Part shown: positions 26,401 to 35,647 of the stretch, piece after piece | How the letters are laid out: each line of letters starts with the position of its first letter | Numbering within the stretch: position 1 is the stretch's first letter | Assembly: GCA_964506075.1 (NCBI GenBank) | Contig: CAZDKO010000004.1 | Span: 134 to 64,133, forward strand | DNA length: 64,000 nucleotides | Direction: 5' to 3' | Origin: an uncultured bacterium | GTDB lineage: Bacteria; CAZDME01; JAYEMH01 | Made by a program: the position numbers and the translations under genes | Notes under the pieces: generated by a model | Databases searched by the model: none | The model's input: the letters and a program-made list of their open reading frames with translations, nothing else | What the model was told of the DNA's origin: nothing

Positions 26401-27548
26401 CAGTCTATTTGTTCCTGATAGACGTCCTTATCTTCTATAGTATCCGAAAACGTCGTATCTGTTGCAGAAAATCTTTGAGAAAGCTCGCGGAGATTAGTTT
26501 TATTATAGACGAAAAACATAGCCAGAATTAAAACCACACAGGTAAAAGTAATGTTTCTGTCAAACGTAAAAAAATTGGTTATTTTATTCTTGAGAATCAA
26601 AATTACTCCCCGGGCGATAATAATCGAAAATAAAATCACGTAGGGGAAGTACAAGGTAAGCTGCTGCGGAAAAAGAAAAGGTAAGAGCAAACTCAGAAAC
26701 ATCGCCGAGAAAATAGCCATATAAAATCTCTGCCGATACCAGAAAAGCAGGAAAGCGCTAATACCGAGAAACAAAAAGCCCTTCCTGGAAAATGAAAAAA
26801 AGGTGAAAAATTTGTTAAATTCAAAAAGGACGGACGATTCCGGTTCAATTTGCAAAAGCATGTCCATAAAAAAACAAACCCCCTGAAAAAGAAATATCCA
26901 GAAAGTAAGTAGAATCAAAAATTTAAACGGCGAAATCCTGATTCTAACAGCCAGAAAAGCCAATAAAAAAAACGAAAGCATTATAATGCTGCACTCAGAA
27001 ATCATTGAATTTCGATAGGTATGCCAGGGATTAAGAATAAAAATCAACACGGCAAGCATAGCCATTTCCTCTCCAAAATTCATCCTGACCCATAGCAGAT
27101 AAAAAAACACGATAAAGAAAATGAAAATTAAAGAGATTATTATTCCCCAGAAATTTTGAGGAAATAAAGACAAGTCCGGCGTCAGATAAGCACCCAGTTC
27201 CCATTTCTGTAACACCAAGAAAAAAAGATAAAGAATGAATGCCGTCACTAAACTATTTTTGCCGATATTTAATTCGGCCGTATCTAATAAATTTACGTTT
27301 TCGTAACTAAACGGTGTTTTAAAAAAAGAAGAGACATCCCGGCGGAAATCAGAAACGGTAACCAAAAGATAAAAAAGTCTTAAAGTCCAGGCAAGCAGAA
27401 AAATAAAAAGAGGAGTTTTTAAGCTGTGGACACTGATCTTAAATTCGCCAATAATAAAAGAATATCCACCGACGGTAAAATGTAAAATTACGGAAGCCAG
27501 ACAGATAATTATCAAAAAATTTAAAAAAGCTAAGATTATTCTTTTCAT
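26400..27548 (-). CDS. Polytopic membrane protein of unknown function (possible polymerase/ligase-like or GT-C-like)
   Basis: About 10 TM helices and no diagnostic motif. I place the start at ATG 27548 (MKRIILAFLNFLII...). This removes the 128-nt overlap that the track ORF (to 27683) has with the upstream gene. Confidence 0.5.
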   Translation of the reverse strand: MKRIILAFLNFLIIICLASVILHFTVGGYSFIIGEFKISVHSLKTPLFIFLLAWTLRLFYLLVTVSDFRRDVSSFFKTPFSYENVNLLDTAELNIGKNSLVTAFILYLFFLVLQKWELGAYLTPDLSLFPQNFWGIIISLIFIFFIVFFYLLWVRMNFGEEMAMLAVLIFILNPWHTYRNSMISECSIIMLSFFLLAFLAVRIRISPFKFLILLTFWIFLFQGVCFFMDMLLQIEPESSVLFEFNKFFTFFSFSRKGFLFLGISAFLLFWYRQRFYMAIFSAMFLSLLLPFLFPQQLTLYFPYVILFSIIIARGVILILKNKITNFFTFDRNITFTCVVLILAMFFVYNKTNLRELSQRFSATDTTFSDTIEDKDVYQEQID

Positions 27549-27555
27549 AAAACAG

Positions 27556-28383
27556 TTATTCCTTTTTAGAAATCTCTGATAGAAGAGAAGCCGCATCCTG
27601 ATTAAACACAGCCATCCGCCTGAAGGCAAAAGGGTCGTTAGATTCGATATCTTCCTGCACTCCTCCCCCGCTAATAACGGCAAATTTATATCCTGACTTT
27701 TTGACTAAATTTCTCACCTTTTCATTGTTTCTTCCCCCCGGGTAGGCAAAGGCAATAATTTTACGGCCCAATTTTTCTTCAATGGTTTCCTTACAACCGT
27801 TTATTTCCCGCCACAAATCTTCCTCCGTTAAGCTTTCATCATTCAAACAGGGATGCCGCTCGGAATGACCGCCGATTTCAATGCCGTAATCAGCCATCTC
27901 TTTTATTTCCGGCCAGATTAAATGCAAACTCAAATTTTCTTCGTTATCATCTTCCCAGCGGCTGTCAAAACGGTTTTTTTCATCATCGGCAGTCTGACCG
28001 GTAATAATAAATACGGTAGCTTTATAACCGTACTGCTTCAGAACAGGATAAACATAAAGATAAAAATCCTGATAACCGTCGTCAAAGGTAAGGATGACCG
28101 CCCGGGGAGGAAGTTTTTTCCCTTCTTTTAAATAAGCTTCCACATCAGAAAAAGTAACCGTCTGGAATCCGGCTTTTTTGAGGGCTTGAATCTGTTCCTC
28201 AAAAACGTCTAATTTTAACCAGTATTCGTCGGGTGTTTTAAGTCCGACCCGGTGATACATAAGAATAGGCAGTCTCGTTTTCGTTTCTTCCAAATTCACT
28301 TCTCCGTAGACAAACAAACAGGAGAAAACCGCCCCCGAGAAAATTAAAAACATTATTATTTTAAAAATAATTCTTTTTTTCAT
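27556..28383 (-). CDS. Polysaccharide deacetylase (CE4 / NodB homology domain), secreted
   Basis: 275 aa. Signal peptide, then LPILMYHRV, TFDDGYQDFY and IGGHSERHP. Confidence 0.8.
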   Translation of the reverse strand: MKKRIIFKIIMFLIFSGAVFSCLFVYGEVNLEETKTRLPILMYHRVGLKTPDEYWLKLDVFEEQIQALKKAGFQTVTFSDVEAYLKEGKKLPPRAVILTFDDGYQDFYLYVYPVLKQYGYKATVFIITGQTADDEKNRFDSRWEDDNEENLSLHLIWPEIKEMADYGIEIGGHSERHPCLNDESLTEEDLWREINGCKETIEEKLGRKIIAFAYPGGRNNEKVRNLVKKSGYKFAVISGGGVQEDIESNDPFAFRRMAVFNQDAASLLSEISKKE

Positions 28384-28402
28384 AATTTTTTTTGAAATAA
28401 GA

Positions 28403-31360
28403 TTAAAAAACTTTTAAACTGCCGACTTGAATTTTTCCATCCGGTAAGGGCAAATTCGTTTTCTTAATCTTTAAGCGCTGTTTGTTCCCTTCGGCATCCC
28501 AAAAACCCATACAGATGTTAAAAATGCCCGGTTTGACGTCTTCCGGAACTTTAACTTCGTAAGATTCTCTTATAACTTCACCCCTTATCCATTGAGAAGT
28601 CGGGTTTTCTCCATCCAAAGGCCGGTGGTCATTCTGGAATATCTCATTTCCTCTTATAAAATGAACAAAAATATGATAATCCTTTTTCATTCCATCAAGA
28701 CATTGCCAAAAATAATCAATGGTAAATTTATCGCCGGGTTTTACTTCCTCTCTATCTATACTGTACCCCAGGAATTCAATTTTATTATTAATGACGGCTT
28801 TTTTCTTATATTGGGGGGTGAATTCTTCTTGAATTATTTTTTCAACCTCTTCTTTCTCCTCCGTTTTACCCACTCTATGATAACATTCTATCAAATTACT
28901 GAGCGCACCTAAATGATTGGAATAAGAATTTACCGCTTCTTCAAACTTTGCAGCTGCTTCATCCCATCTGTTTTTCTGCATATATTTTAATCCTGAACGA
29001 AAACAGATATCCGCTTTTTTCTTTCCCTTTTTTATATCCGCCTCAATCAATCCTAAACCCGTCCAGTATAAAGCCTTCCGGTATAAACCGATTTTATTTT
29101 CCGGCCGGATTGAATAATAAACCGTAAAATTACCCAGGCTTTCTTTATGGCTATTTATATTTAATCTCTGCAGAGTCTTTTCTAAAACTTCCGTATCTTC
29201 TTTTTCAACCACCAAGGCCATATTCTTTAAAAAATCAACTATTCTTGAAGTGACTGTATCATTCGGATATTTATCATTATAAGGTTTTAGTGCCTGGATT
29301 TTATCTTTAGTGTCCTCCATAATTTTTGCTGACAGCCAGCGGTCAGCATAGACAAACTCAACACCTTTTTGTTTCAGAAATTTTATTAACCCCGAAACAT
29401 CGTAATCAGTATTTTTTTTATTTCCCAGATATTCATAAACGTAAATTTCGTTAATTTCCCAGGGATAAACCGGGTGTTCACCGGTCTGGGTTATTTTGAT
29501 AAATCTGGCCTCCACCGGTTCAAAGCCAACTTCCAATCTCGATTCATCCCCTCGCCAGAAAACACGCGGGCCTGACCAATAAAGAACTTCACAGGAAGGA
29601 AGGTCTATTATCCTGGCCCATTTTTTCCCATCCGGCGATACCTCTAAAACATAACCGTTCGGATAATTATGAAAATGATTTCCGTTTAATAACTGTATTT
29701 TATTAATTTTATACGCCCTGCCTAAATCAAGTTCAAAATACATTCCGGGAGTTTTTTCCTTTCCCGAGGTCCAGAAATTTTTTATATTCCGGTCAAAGGC
29801 CGAAGCGGTCCATTCCGAACAGAAATTAGACTCGGCTTTCCATTTATCCGGAGGAATAAGTTTACCCGAATGTAAAGGTTGTTTAAAAGAATAAAAGATA
29901 TGATATTTCCCAGCGTCGTGAAATTTAAATTCGCCACATAGACTTCTTAAAGCTTCCTTAAAATGAGACATCGGATAGGTAACAATAGCTGGTTCCGAAC
30001 TGGCATCAACCGCCAGTTCGTGCCTCCGGCATCTCTCCAGTCTCGGTTCAGAGCCGATTATTTCCTCCTTACTTAAAAAACTAATTTTGCTGGAAAGACA
30101 ATCAGGCACAATCACTCTCTTTAAATTATTCTGATTTAGAAATTCTAAAAGGTTAATAAATTTCTTATCGTCCGCCAGGGAATACTTAAGGTCCACCCCG
30201 TAAGCTTTATATACTCCAAAGATATTGTAGATAACCATAAAACTTATCATGGCTGTAAAAAGAACTTTAGAGAATCGTTTTATTCTTACCGAAAGATAAG
30301 CTACGGTAAAAGGCATTAAAGAAAAAACAGGCAATAAATATCTCTGGGTACCGAAAAGCCCGAAGTGGGTAAAAGAAAAGAAAAAAACCACTGAGAACAT
30401 AAAAAGGACCAGCATTTCTATTCCATTTTCCCGGCGGACTGAAAGTTTAAATAGATTTGCCAGTCCCTTTCTGGAAGAAAATATCAGGTAGATTATGGAA
30501 GTCAGATAAATCAGGGCCATTAACCCGGCAAAAATTCTATGGCTAAGGGTAAACTCATATTTATAACTTTCCAGATTAAGTAAAATAGGGATATCCCTTA
30601 AAAAAAGCTTGTTTAACGCTTCTTTCCTCAGGGCGTTTTGAAAAGTAGCCGTGCCGGAGAAAGAAAGAAATGAATTAGTGAAGTTATAAATCCAGAAAGG
30701 TAAACTGCCGACGAAAAAAGCCAGCCCGGCGGCTAAAATCCGGGGTGAAAATATAATTTTTTTATCATAGAGAAAAATAAAAATGGCCGCTACGGCTAAA
30801 TAATAAATAACCAGAAAATTAGTCCACCAGGCAAGACCGGCTATAAAACCAAGCCAGGAAAACAACAAATATTCTTTTTTAACGCTTAAGCCGCCCCGGC
30901 AAATTTTACGGGTTAAAATTAGAATCAAGTTCCCGAAGAAAAGTGTTTCTATGTAACCGCCTCTGGCCACGCCGCTGAAAGTAACCAGATACACCGCCGG
31001 TACACAAGCCAGTATAATCGCTATTAATCCGACTTCGGCATTACCAAATTCCTTACCTAAAAAATATGTGGAGATGATAAAAAGAAGAGAAAAGAAAAGC
31101 GGAGAGAGAGAAAGAGTAAGCTTTGATATCCCGAAAAAAAAGAAAAAAAAGGCCGCCACAAAAGCCTCTAAACTGCCCATATACGGCTGGCCGTAGTAAA
31201 ATACAGGGAAATCCCCTTCCAGGATATGCTTACCCATCAAGCCGACAATGGAGCTATCCGTATCCACACTATAAGGGGTAATCCGGATATAATGAAGACG
31301 AAGAAAAAGACCCAGAATTAAAAAAAATGTTATTATAAAAAACTTAGTTGTTTTTTTCAT
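28403..31360 (-). CDS. ArnT/PMT-like GT-C glycosyltransferase with central discoidin domain, TPR-like segment and C-terminal beta-domain
   Basis: 985 aa. The N-terminus is paralogous to 20388-22352 (DTDSSIVGLMGKHILEGDFP, WWTNF). Discoidin spans aa ~505-645 (FDRNIKNFWTS...GMYFELDLG...EVSPDGKKW...ARFIKITQTGEHPVYPWEINEIYVYE). A TPR-like RWDEAAAKFEEAV segment follows. The C-terminal LGYSI...PGDKF...YHIFVHF...PTSQW.RGE domain is common on GT39-like proteins. Confidence 0.7.
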   Translation of the reverse strand: MKKTTKFFIITFFLILGLFLRLHYIRITPYSVDTDSSIVGLMGKHILEGDFPVFYYGQPYMGSLEAFVAAFFFFFFGISKLTLSLSPLFFSLLFIISTYFLGKEFGNAEVGLIAIILACVPAVYLVTFSGVARGGYIETLFFGNLILILTRKICRGGLSVKKEYLLFSWLGFIAGLAWWTNFLVIYYLAVAAIFIFLYDKKIIFSPRILAAGLAFFVGSLPFWIYNFTNSFLSFSGTATFQNALRKEALNKLFLRDIPILLNLESYKYEFTLSHRIFAGLMALIYLTSIIYLIFSSRKGLANLFKLSVRRENGIEMLVLFMFSVVFFFSFTHFGLFGTQRYLLPVFSLMPFTVAYLSVRIKRFSKVLFTAMISFMVIYNIFGVYKAYGVDLKYSLADDKKFINLLEFLNQNNLKRVIVPDCLSSKISFLSKEEIIGSEPRLERCRRHELAVDASSEPAIVTYPMSHFKEALRSLCGEFKFHDAGKYHIFYSFKQPLHSGKLIPPDKWKAESNFCSEWTASAFDRNIKNFWTSGKEKTPGMYFELDLGRAYKINKIQLLNGNHFHNYPNGYVLEVSPDGKKWARIIDLPSCEVLYWSGPRVFWRGDESRLEVGFEPVEARFIKITQTGEHPVYPWEINEIYVYEYLGNKKNTDYDVSGLIKFLKQKGVEFVYADRWLSAKIMEDTKDKIQALKPYNDKYPNDTVTSRIVDFLKNMALVVEKEDTEVLEKTLQRLNINSHKESLGNFTVYYSIRPENKIGLYRKALYWTGLGLIEADIKKGKKKADICFRSGLKYMQKNRWDEAAAKFEEAVNSYSNHLGALSNLIECYHRVGKTEEKEEVEKIIQEEFTPQYKKKAVINNKIEFLGYSIDREEVKPGDKFTIDYFWQCLDGMKKDYHIFVHFIRGNEIFQNDHRPLDGENPTSQWIRGEVIRESYEVKVPEDVKPGIFNICMGFWDAEGNKQRLKIKKTNLPLPDGKIQVGSLKVF

Positions 31361-31383
31361 TGAGGCAGGTTCATCCTTACATT

Positions 31384-32808
31384 TTAAGAACGATAAACCT
31401 CTTCATGATACTCCTGAGCTTTATTGACCTCATCAATATCGTAATTTGCTCCCAAGATGTTTAAAGCCGCCTTCATACCCGTTTCTATTGAATGGTCCAT
31501 ATTATTATATTTATACGTCCCGTAACGCCCGATTATCTGAAGATTACTAAATTGCTTAATAAAACTCAGGACGGTTTCGTAAGGATGCTGGTAACCGATT
31601 TCATACATCGGATACGCCTTTTCTACCCGGCTCACTGAAGAACCATTTATTTCCTCACGCTTTATCATACCGAGTTTATTGACTATTTCATTAATAGTTA
31701 TATCAACCAGCCCCTTATCAGATTTCTGCCAGATAGAATCTCCCTTAAAACAAAAATACTCAGCCACAATTGAAGTTTTCCCGGAAGGAGCCATCAGCTG
31801 ACTCCAATTCTTCGGTTCATGCAGACGGCCGAAAGTAATATTCGGGTCATGAATGTAAATCCAGGTATTATCACTGACTCTTTCTTTATCAAGCATTAAA
31901 GCGACAGTAATTAAATCCCGGTAACGAAGTTTTCTGGCGGCTTCAAGAACGTCCCCGGGCGGAGCCGGCTTCATAATACTTACCAGTTCGGTTAAGGGAA
32001 TACTGGAAATGAAATCCGTCCCTTCCAAAATCGACTCTCCTGATTTATCCTCTACCACTATTGAATGTATTCTATAATTATCCCGGTTAACCGCTTTTAC
32101 CCGCTTATCCAATAATACTTGGTTACCGCTTTTCTCAATTTCCTCTTTAAATCTATCTGAAATCCGGCCGATTCCCAGCTTCGGATAATAGAACTGCTCA
32201 ATCAGAGTAGTCGGTCTATTCTTTTCCGATTTAAAAAAAGCATTGGCTATAGCCACCCTTAAAGACAAACCTTTAATCCTCTGGGCTACCCATTCGGCTC
32301 CAATTCTGCTGCAATCAATACCCCAGACTTTCTCGGTATAAGTTTTAAAATACATATTAAACATTTTGCGTCCAAATTTATTTACGGTCCAGTCTTCTAA
32401 AGAAACAATCTTCGGCTTTGTAAATATGCTTTTAATGTGTTCACCGGCATAATCAGCCATAATTTTAAAACTGGTAAAAATTCCCATACCAAAAAGGGCA
32501 TTTAAAGGTTTTAAAGGGTAATCAAAATATTTATTCTGATAGTAAATTTTACTGGTCCGGGGAACAATAATAAATTCCTCCCCCATTAAACCGGACACCA
32601 AATCAAACACTTTCTGATTTTTGGTGAAAAACCGGTGGCCCCCCAGGTCATAGCGATAATCTCCTTGAACTACGGTTCTGGAGATACCGCCTATGACTTT
32701 ATCTTTTTCATAAACGGACGCAGAAATGTTTTTCCCGGAAAGCACGTAACCAGCCGCTAATCCGGCCGGCCCTCCCCCCATAATCAACACCCTCTTTTCT
32801 TTATCCAC
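31384..32808 (-). CDS. FAD-dependent oxidoreductase (amine-oxidase / UDP-galactopyranose-mutase-like fold)
   Basis: 474 aa. VLIMGGGPAGLAAGYVL dinucleotide-binding motif. GTG start with a GGAGG RBS 5 nt upstream. Substrate unknown. Confidence 0.6.
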   Translation of the reverse strand: MDKEKRVLIMGGGPAGLAAGYVLSGKNISASVYEKDKVIGGISRTVVQGDYRYDLGGHRFFTKNQKVFDLVSGLMGEEFIIVPRTSKIYYQNKYFDYPLKPLNALFGMGIFTSFKIMADYAGEHIKSIFTKPKIVSLEDWTVNKFGRKMFNMYFKTYTEKVWGIDCSRIGAEWVAQRIKGLSLRVAIANAFFKSEKNRPTTLIEQFYYPKLGIGRISDRFKEEIEKSGNQVLLDKRVKAVNRDNYRIHSIVVEDKSGESILEGTDFISSIPLTELVSIMKPAPPGDVLEAARKLRYRDLITVALMLDKERVSDNTWIYIHDPNITFGRLHEPKNWSQLMAPSGKTSIVAEYFCFKGDSIWQKSDKGLVDITINEIVNKLGMIKREEINGSSVSRVEKAYPMYEIGYQHPYETVLSFIKQFSNLQIIGRYGTYKYNNMDHSIETGMKAALNILGANYDIDEVNKAQEYHEEVYRS

Positions 32809-32809
32809 T

Positions 32810-33871
32810 TTATCCCTCCAGATATTTCTTCAGCAAAACCTCAACCTGCGAACGATGAAAATTCTTAAGTCTTTCGTTTTGCCGATTAATAATCCGGCTA
32901 CGAAAGTCCTTATCAGTTAAGAGCAAATCCGCCATTTCAGCTATAGCGGTGAAATCTTTTTCTTTTACCAGAACCCCGCAACCGTTAAGGGTTTCGGGAA
33001 TAGCCGTTGATTCATAGGCGATAATGGGAATTTTAAAATGCATGCTTTCAAGCAAAGGAATACAAAATCCTTCGTGTTCACTCATACAGATAAAGATATC
33101 CGCCAGATTATAATAAGCTAAGAGTTCATCCGTATAAACATGGCCGGTAATGTGGACGTCAGGTAAGTCGAGCTCGATTATCAGACCGCGCAGATAAGCC
33201 AGATACCGATCTATTCCCGAAGCAGAACCGACTAAAAACAACCTTGATTTTGGATTAATCGTCTTTTTATAGTAATAGAAGATTTTTATCACGTCTTCCA
33301 GTTTTTTATTAGGAGCGACCCGGCCGACAAAAAGAAAATTGTGATAATAATCCGAGAATTTCCTGATTATTTTCCGGCTCGGTTTAGCCGATAAATATTC
33401 AAAGTTGATGATTAAAGGTAAGACTCCGGTATTGGTAAATCCGGCTTCTACCAATTCCCCGCGGTTATATTCTGAAACCGCCAGAGACAAATCAGGAATA
33501 CCGGCCAGTTCTTTAAGTTCCTTGCGCCCCTCATATAAAACCAGTGCCTTCTCATCACTTATCGCCCGAAAATACTCCGGGGGGGTGATGTTATGATAAA
33601 TAAGAACTTTTCTTCCCTTGATGGTTTTAAAGTATTCGGTTAATTCTGACCCGACCGAAAAATGAAAAATGACTATATCCTTATTTTCATTTACCAGACG
33701 GTGCTCGTTATAATCTTTAATTAACGCTTTCCCGTCCCGACTGGCGTGCTGATAAATACAGAAAATTTCCGACTCATATCCCCATCCGCGAATAATTTTC
33801 TGTAATTCCAGCGCGTAATTACTTATGGCATCTCCGGTGCTGAATCCGGGAAGAATTTGGTCTATTCTCAT
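32810..33871 (-). CDS. Glycosyltransferase family 4
   Basis: 353 aa. FVGRVAPNKK and SEHEGFCIPLLESM (EX7E). Confidence 0.8.
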   Translation of the reverse strand: MRIDQILPGFSTGDAISNYALELQKIIRGWGYESEIFCIYQHASRDGKALIKDYNEHRLVNENKDIVIFHFSVGSELTEYFKTIKGRKVLIYHNITPPEYFRAISDEKALVLYEGRKELKELAGIPDLSLAVSEYNRGELVEAGFTNTGVLPLIINFEYLSAKPSRKIIRKFSDYYHNFLFVGRVAPNKKLEDVIKIFYYYKKTINPKSRLFLVGSASGIDRYLAYLRGLIIELDLPDVHITGHVYTDELLAYYNLADIFICMSEHEGFCIPLLESMHFKIPIIAYESTAIPETLNGCGVLVKEKDFTAIAEMADLLLTDKDFRSRIINRQNERLKNFHRSQVEVLLKKYLEG

Positions 33872-33873
33872 CT

Positions 33874-35064
33874 TTAAACTCCAAATTTATCCAGAGCTTC
33901 TTCAAACCTGTCCAGTACGGCTTCCCAGCTGAAATTTTTCTCAACGTAAGTTTTGCCGTTCTTCCCCATAAGAGTGGATAATTCTTTCTCTTTCAAAAAG
34001 AAGTTAAGACATTCCTCAAACTCAAAATAATTCTGAAAGAAGAGTCCCCCTTTACTGCGTAAGCAATGGTCTCTGGTAACGGCGCAGTCCCCGTGGACTA
34101 AAACCGGACGTCCTGATAACCAGGACTCCATAATCACAATGGAAAGGCTTTCATTGATTGAGGGCTGGCAGAAAAACAGCGCCGCACTAAAACCGTCCAG
34201 TTTGTCTTTTTCTTTCATATAGCCGAAATCCAGAATATCCTTTTTTGATTCCGGCGGGATCTGGATTTCACCGGTGCCCATAAGGACGAACTTTAAATCA
34301 TTTTTATTATACTGCTTATAAGTCCGGAAATATTCAATTAGAAGAGGAATGTTTTTACCGCCTTCTCTCCGGCCGGCAAAAATCACGAAAGGACTGGATA
34401 AAGCGTATTTTTTTCTGAAGTGTTCGGGTTCATAACTTCTCCCGGTTTTAAATCCCAGACTTACCAGAGTAATCTTCCCCTCAGGAATCTGATAAAGCCT
34501 TTTAGCCAGTTCGATTTCCGGGAAGGTGTTAAACATCAATCCCCTGACCGTCCCGAATAAATTTTTGTAAATCCCAAGGTAAGCAAATGGTTCGTCATGA
34601 AGACAGGGAATAAGCAGTGATTTCTCCGGGCAAATCTGAGATCCCCAGTAAGTTAAGCCAAATAGATAAGGAATAAAAACGAAACAATCGTAATTATTCC
34701 GGTTTTTCTTAATATACCCGTATAAATCGTCGGAATTAACACTCTCTTTAATCCATCTTATCTGGTCCTCATAGGAAATTTCCATCCGGTGGTCAATCCG
34801 TCTTTGAATGGACAGGAAATCCTCTGTCCGGCGGTTTAAGTTAACCAGGAAACGCCAGACGAGGACCTCGTTAACCGTCTTTTTCCCCGGTTCATAATAA
34901 TTCTTCCAGGTAAAGTGGTCCCTGGCGCAGGTAGTCAGCACCTCCACATTATGGCCCCGTTTTTTGACCTCTTCAGCCAGACGCTGGGCATGGACTTCCG
35001 CCCCTCCGGCTGAAACCGGCTCGTAACGAGGGACAACAAAAGCAATCCGTCTTTTTCTGCTCAT
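33874..35064 (-). CDS. Glycosyltransferase family 4
   Basis: 396 aa. GGAEVHAQRLAEEV N-terminal motif, FAGRREGGKN, and NESLSIVIMESW (EX7E-like). Confidence 0.8.
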   Translation of the reverse strand: MSRKRRIAFVVPRYEPVSAGGAEVHAQRLAEEVKKRGHNVEVLTTCARDHFTWKNYYEPGKKTVNEVLVWRFLVNLNRRTEDFLSIQRRIDHRMEISYEDQIRWIKESVNSDDLYGYIKKNRNNYDCFVFIPYLFGLTYWGSQICPEKSLLIPCLHDEPFAYLGIYKNLFGTVRGLMFNTFPEIELAKRLYQIPEGKITLVSLGFKTGRSYEPEHFRKKYALSSPFVIFAGRREGGKNIPLLIEYFRTYKQYNKNDLKFVLMGTGEIQIPPESKKDILDFGYMKEKDKLDGFSAALFFCQPSINESLSIVIMESWLSGRPVLVHGDCAVTRDHCLRSKGGLFFQNYFEFEECLNFFLKEKELSTLMGKNGKTYVEKNFSWEAVLDRFEEALDKFGV

Positions 35065-35486
35065 TTTTCCCGTTTCTTATTAATCTCGGCTATCGTCCTG
35101 TCCAGTTTTTCGTTTAAACTGATAACCGCATTTGTAATCTGGGCGTTAAACTCTTTCTGCTGGCTGAAAAGCCGATAGGTATAGAATTTTAAAAGGTTCC
35201 AGATAATTTTCTTTAAACAGACAACCGGTTTTCCTAAAAATCCACCCTTGGAATGGATTTCAAAGTCACCGATATTTATATCATAAGTCTGCCGTAACAC
35301 TTTCAGATAGTATTCTAAAAAATCTCTGTCATCGGAAATTTTTTCAATTTCAAGATTATGGACCCGGCTGAGGTCATATTTTTCATAAAAACCGGCTTTC
35401 TTTTTTTCCTCAATTCTCTTATCAATAGTTTCCATAATCTTCCGGATATCAATTTGACTATCCTTAATTTCAAAAAGATTTTCCAT
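35061..35486 (-). CDS. Hypothetical coiled-coil protein
   Basis: Start placed at ATG 35486 (MENLFEIKDSQIDIRKIMETI...) with AGGAG 9 nt upstream. The track's 15-codon N-terminal extension falls inside the heptamer repeat. No recognisable catalytic motif. Confidence 0.5.
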   Translation of the reverse strand: MENLFEIKDSQIDIRKIMETIDKRIEEKKKAGFYEKYDLSRVHNLEIEKISDDRDFLEYYLKVLRQTYDINIGDFEIHSKGGFLGKPVVCLKKIIWNLLKFYTYRLFSQQKEFNAQITNAVISLNEKLDRTIAEINKKREK

Positions 35487-35507
35487 GTTTGATTTCTCCT
35501 TACCGAA

Positions 35508-35647
35508 TATTGGTGAGCAGTGAGTAATCAATACTGAATAGTCGCTAGTAGTTAGTATCTAGTAGACACTAAATACTCTTCACCAGCGATTATATCCTTT
35601 TTAACCAAGCAACCATTTAACCAATCACCAGTTAACCATTTAACTAA
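35508..35647. repeat. Eleven consecutive degenerate heptamers followed by TTAACC-type octamers
   Basis: TGGTGAG CAGTGAG TAATCAA TACTGAA TAGTCGC TAGTAGT TAGTATC TAGTAGA CACTAAA TACTCTT CACCAGC spans 35511-35587. Then TTAACCAA...TTAACCAT TTAACTAA TTAACCAG. Confidence 0.9.

Noticed and set aside
26400-27683. Long N-terminal extension of the membrane protein (track start 27683), and likewise 35487-35531 for the coiled-coil ORF
   Set aside because: The extensions overlap the upstream gene by 128 nt or run into the heptamer repeat. Internal ATGs at 27548 and 35486 give sensible N-termini, and 35486 has an AGGAG RBS.
35508-35647. CRISPR array as an explanation for the tandem repeats in spacers
   Set aside because: The units are 7-8 nt, degenerate and directly abutting, with no 25-40 nt repeats or unique spacers. 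No cas genes are in the window.
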